Assembly (NCBI GenBank): GCA_024137785.1
Contig: JAHRHZ010000099.1
Location: forward strand, 2,216,494-2,280,493
Length of the DNA: 64,000 bases
Origin: Ginglymostoma cirratum
Taxonomy: Eukaryota
Direction of reading: 5' to 3'
Shown here piece by piece: positions 63,001 through 64,000 of the stretch (the stretch's first letter is position 1; every line of letters begins with the position of its first letter). The position numbers and the translations under genes were made by a program. The notes below the pieces were generated by a model, which did no database searches, had not been told where the DNA came from, and saw only the letters and a list, made by a program, of their open reading frames with translations.

Positions 63001-64000
63001 GAAGGATCCCCTTTTTCTCAATTTCTATCCCTCACGGAATGAAACTGCTGTTGAAAGCTAGATTTTGAATCTTGCACTAACGTGCATTCATCTGCCATCT
63101 CTGCATCTCTTCTCATTGTTCTAATTTTCTGTTCCTCAACATGAGTTCTTATCATTCTGGAAGTGATTTTTTCAACTCCTCCAGCAGAATATTCTCTCTA
63201 TGATCCTCTTTTTTTCTATCTTTAAATCTCTCACCCATCTGTCAAAGTTGCTCTGTTCAAACTCAACGTAAGCCTGACCTGGTTCCTTTCTTTCATTTCT
63301 GAACTGTGGCCTATATGGTTCTGGTACCAGTTCATAGGCACTCAAAATAACATGTTTTACTTCTTCAAATTCTCTCAAGACCTCATCTGACAACACTGCA
63401 AGCATCTCACTAGCCCTGTCTTTCAACTTGGTCTGAAGTAACATTACACAGAGTCTCTGGTCAGTTCATCTGTTTAGCCAATTTCTCAAAGGAAGCGAGA
63501 GCATCTTTTACATCCATTTCATTGAATTTTGGTACCAATTGTACATATTTGTATATATCCCAACCAGGCTGTTAACCATGAGCAAATTCATCACCAACAC
63601 TTCTATCTTGTAGTTTTACTTTTATCACTTGAAGTTTTTTTGTTTTTTCCCCCCAACTCAAACATCTTTTCCCTTTCTTCTCTCTCAATTAAGAATCTTT
63701 TTCACTTTCTTTCTCTTCTGCTTTTAACCATAGTTCAAACTGTCTCCTTCCTCTCATTCTCTAACTTCAGTTGTCACCTTTGCAATTTATTTTTTTCTAA
63801 CTCCACTGCACTTTACTGTTCCTCTGGTGTACCTAATGCTTTGTTAACTCTGATACAATTTCAGCTTTCCTCTTATCCCTTGTTAAGCACAAGTTTAGCA
63901 TGGCTGCTCATTCTAAAAGTTTCTCCTTTTTCTATCTTTCTAAACTGTCTTGGCAAGTTTGGAAAGCATCTTCAAACCCTAGAACCTCTTTACTGTGTTA
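60003..64000 (-). mobile_element. Degenerate Gypsy LTR retrotransposon with Gmr1-like order (gag-PR-IN-RT)
   Basis: gag-like ILSAYELVPEPYRPQFR (63172-63444), protease-region LENDLA (62298-62570), zinc finger HFYWPGL..DVVEFCWTCHT (61759-61947), integrase YGLPREIQSDQDSNFTS...YHPESQGALE (61389-61766), RT MPFGMKYAPATF...YLDD (60003-60461). Confidence 0.88.

Overview
Repeat-rich vertebrate genomic DNA. The gene content and repeat families (HE1-type SINE, Deu-domain SINEs, CR1, Penelope-like elements) point to a shark or other cartilaginous fish. It contains part of an immunoglobulin light-chain cluster region. (1) An intact type II/lambda light-chain minigene on the minus strand with V and J already joined in the germline: leader 15739-15787, VJ 15262-15603, C 11563-11885. 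(2) A decayed tandem duplicate of that cluster unit (~27350-33030) that has lost L/VJ and half of C. (3) A second, strongly divergent germline-joined lambda-like light-chain gene on the plus strand, head-to-head with the first: leader 45215-45260, VJ 45432-45776, C 50023-50481; ~55% aa identical to gene 1 by hand alignment. Its C exon is interrupted by a very young 130-bp Penelope-derived insertion that carries a hammerhead-ribozyme motif. The insertion frameshifts C, but one cryptic GT..AG splice would restore the frame. Short Penelope-terminus elements with minimal hammerhead cores are scattered through the window, many as head-to-head palindromes with 12-16 bp target-site duplications; one of these probably caused the 400-N gap. 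The rest is CR1/L2/Tx1 LINE fragments, SINEs, a tRNA-Val pseudogene and a degenerate Gypsy element with Gmr1-like domain order. All family assignments are by eye, without database searches, and repeat boundaries are approximate.
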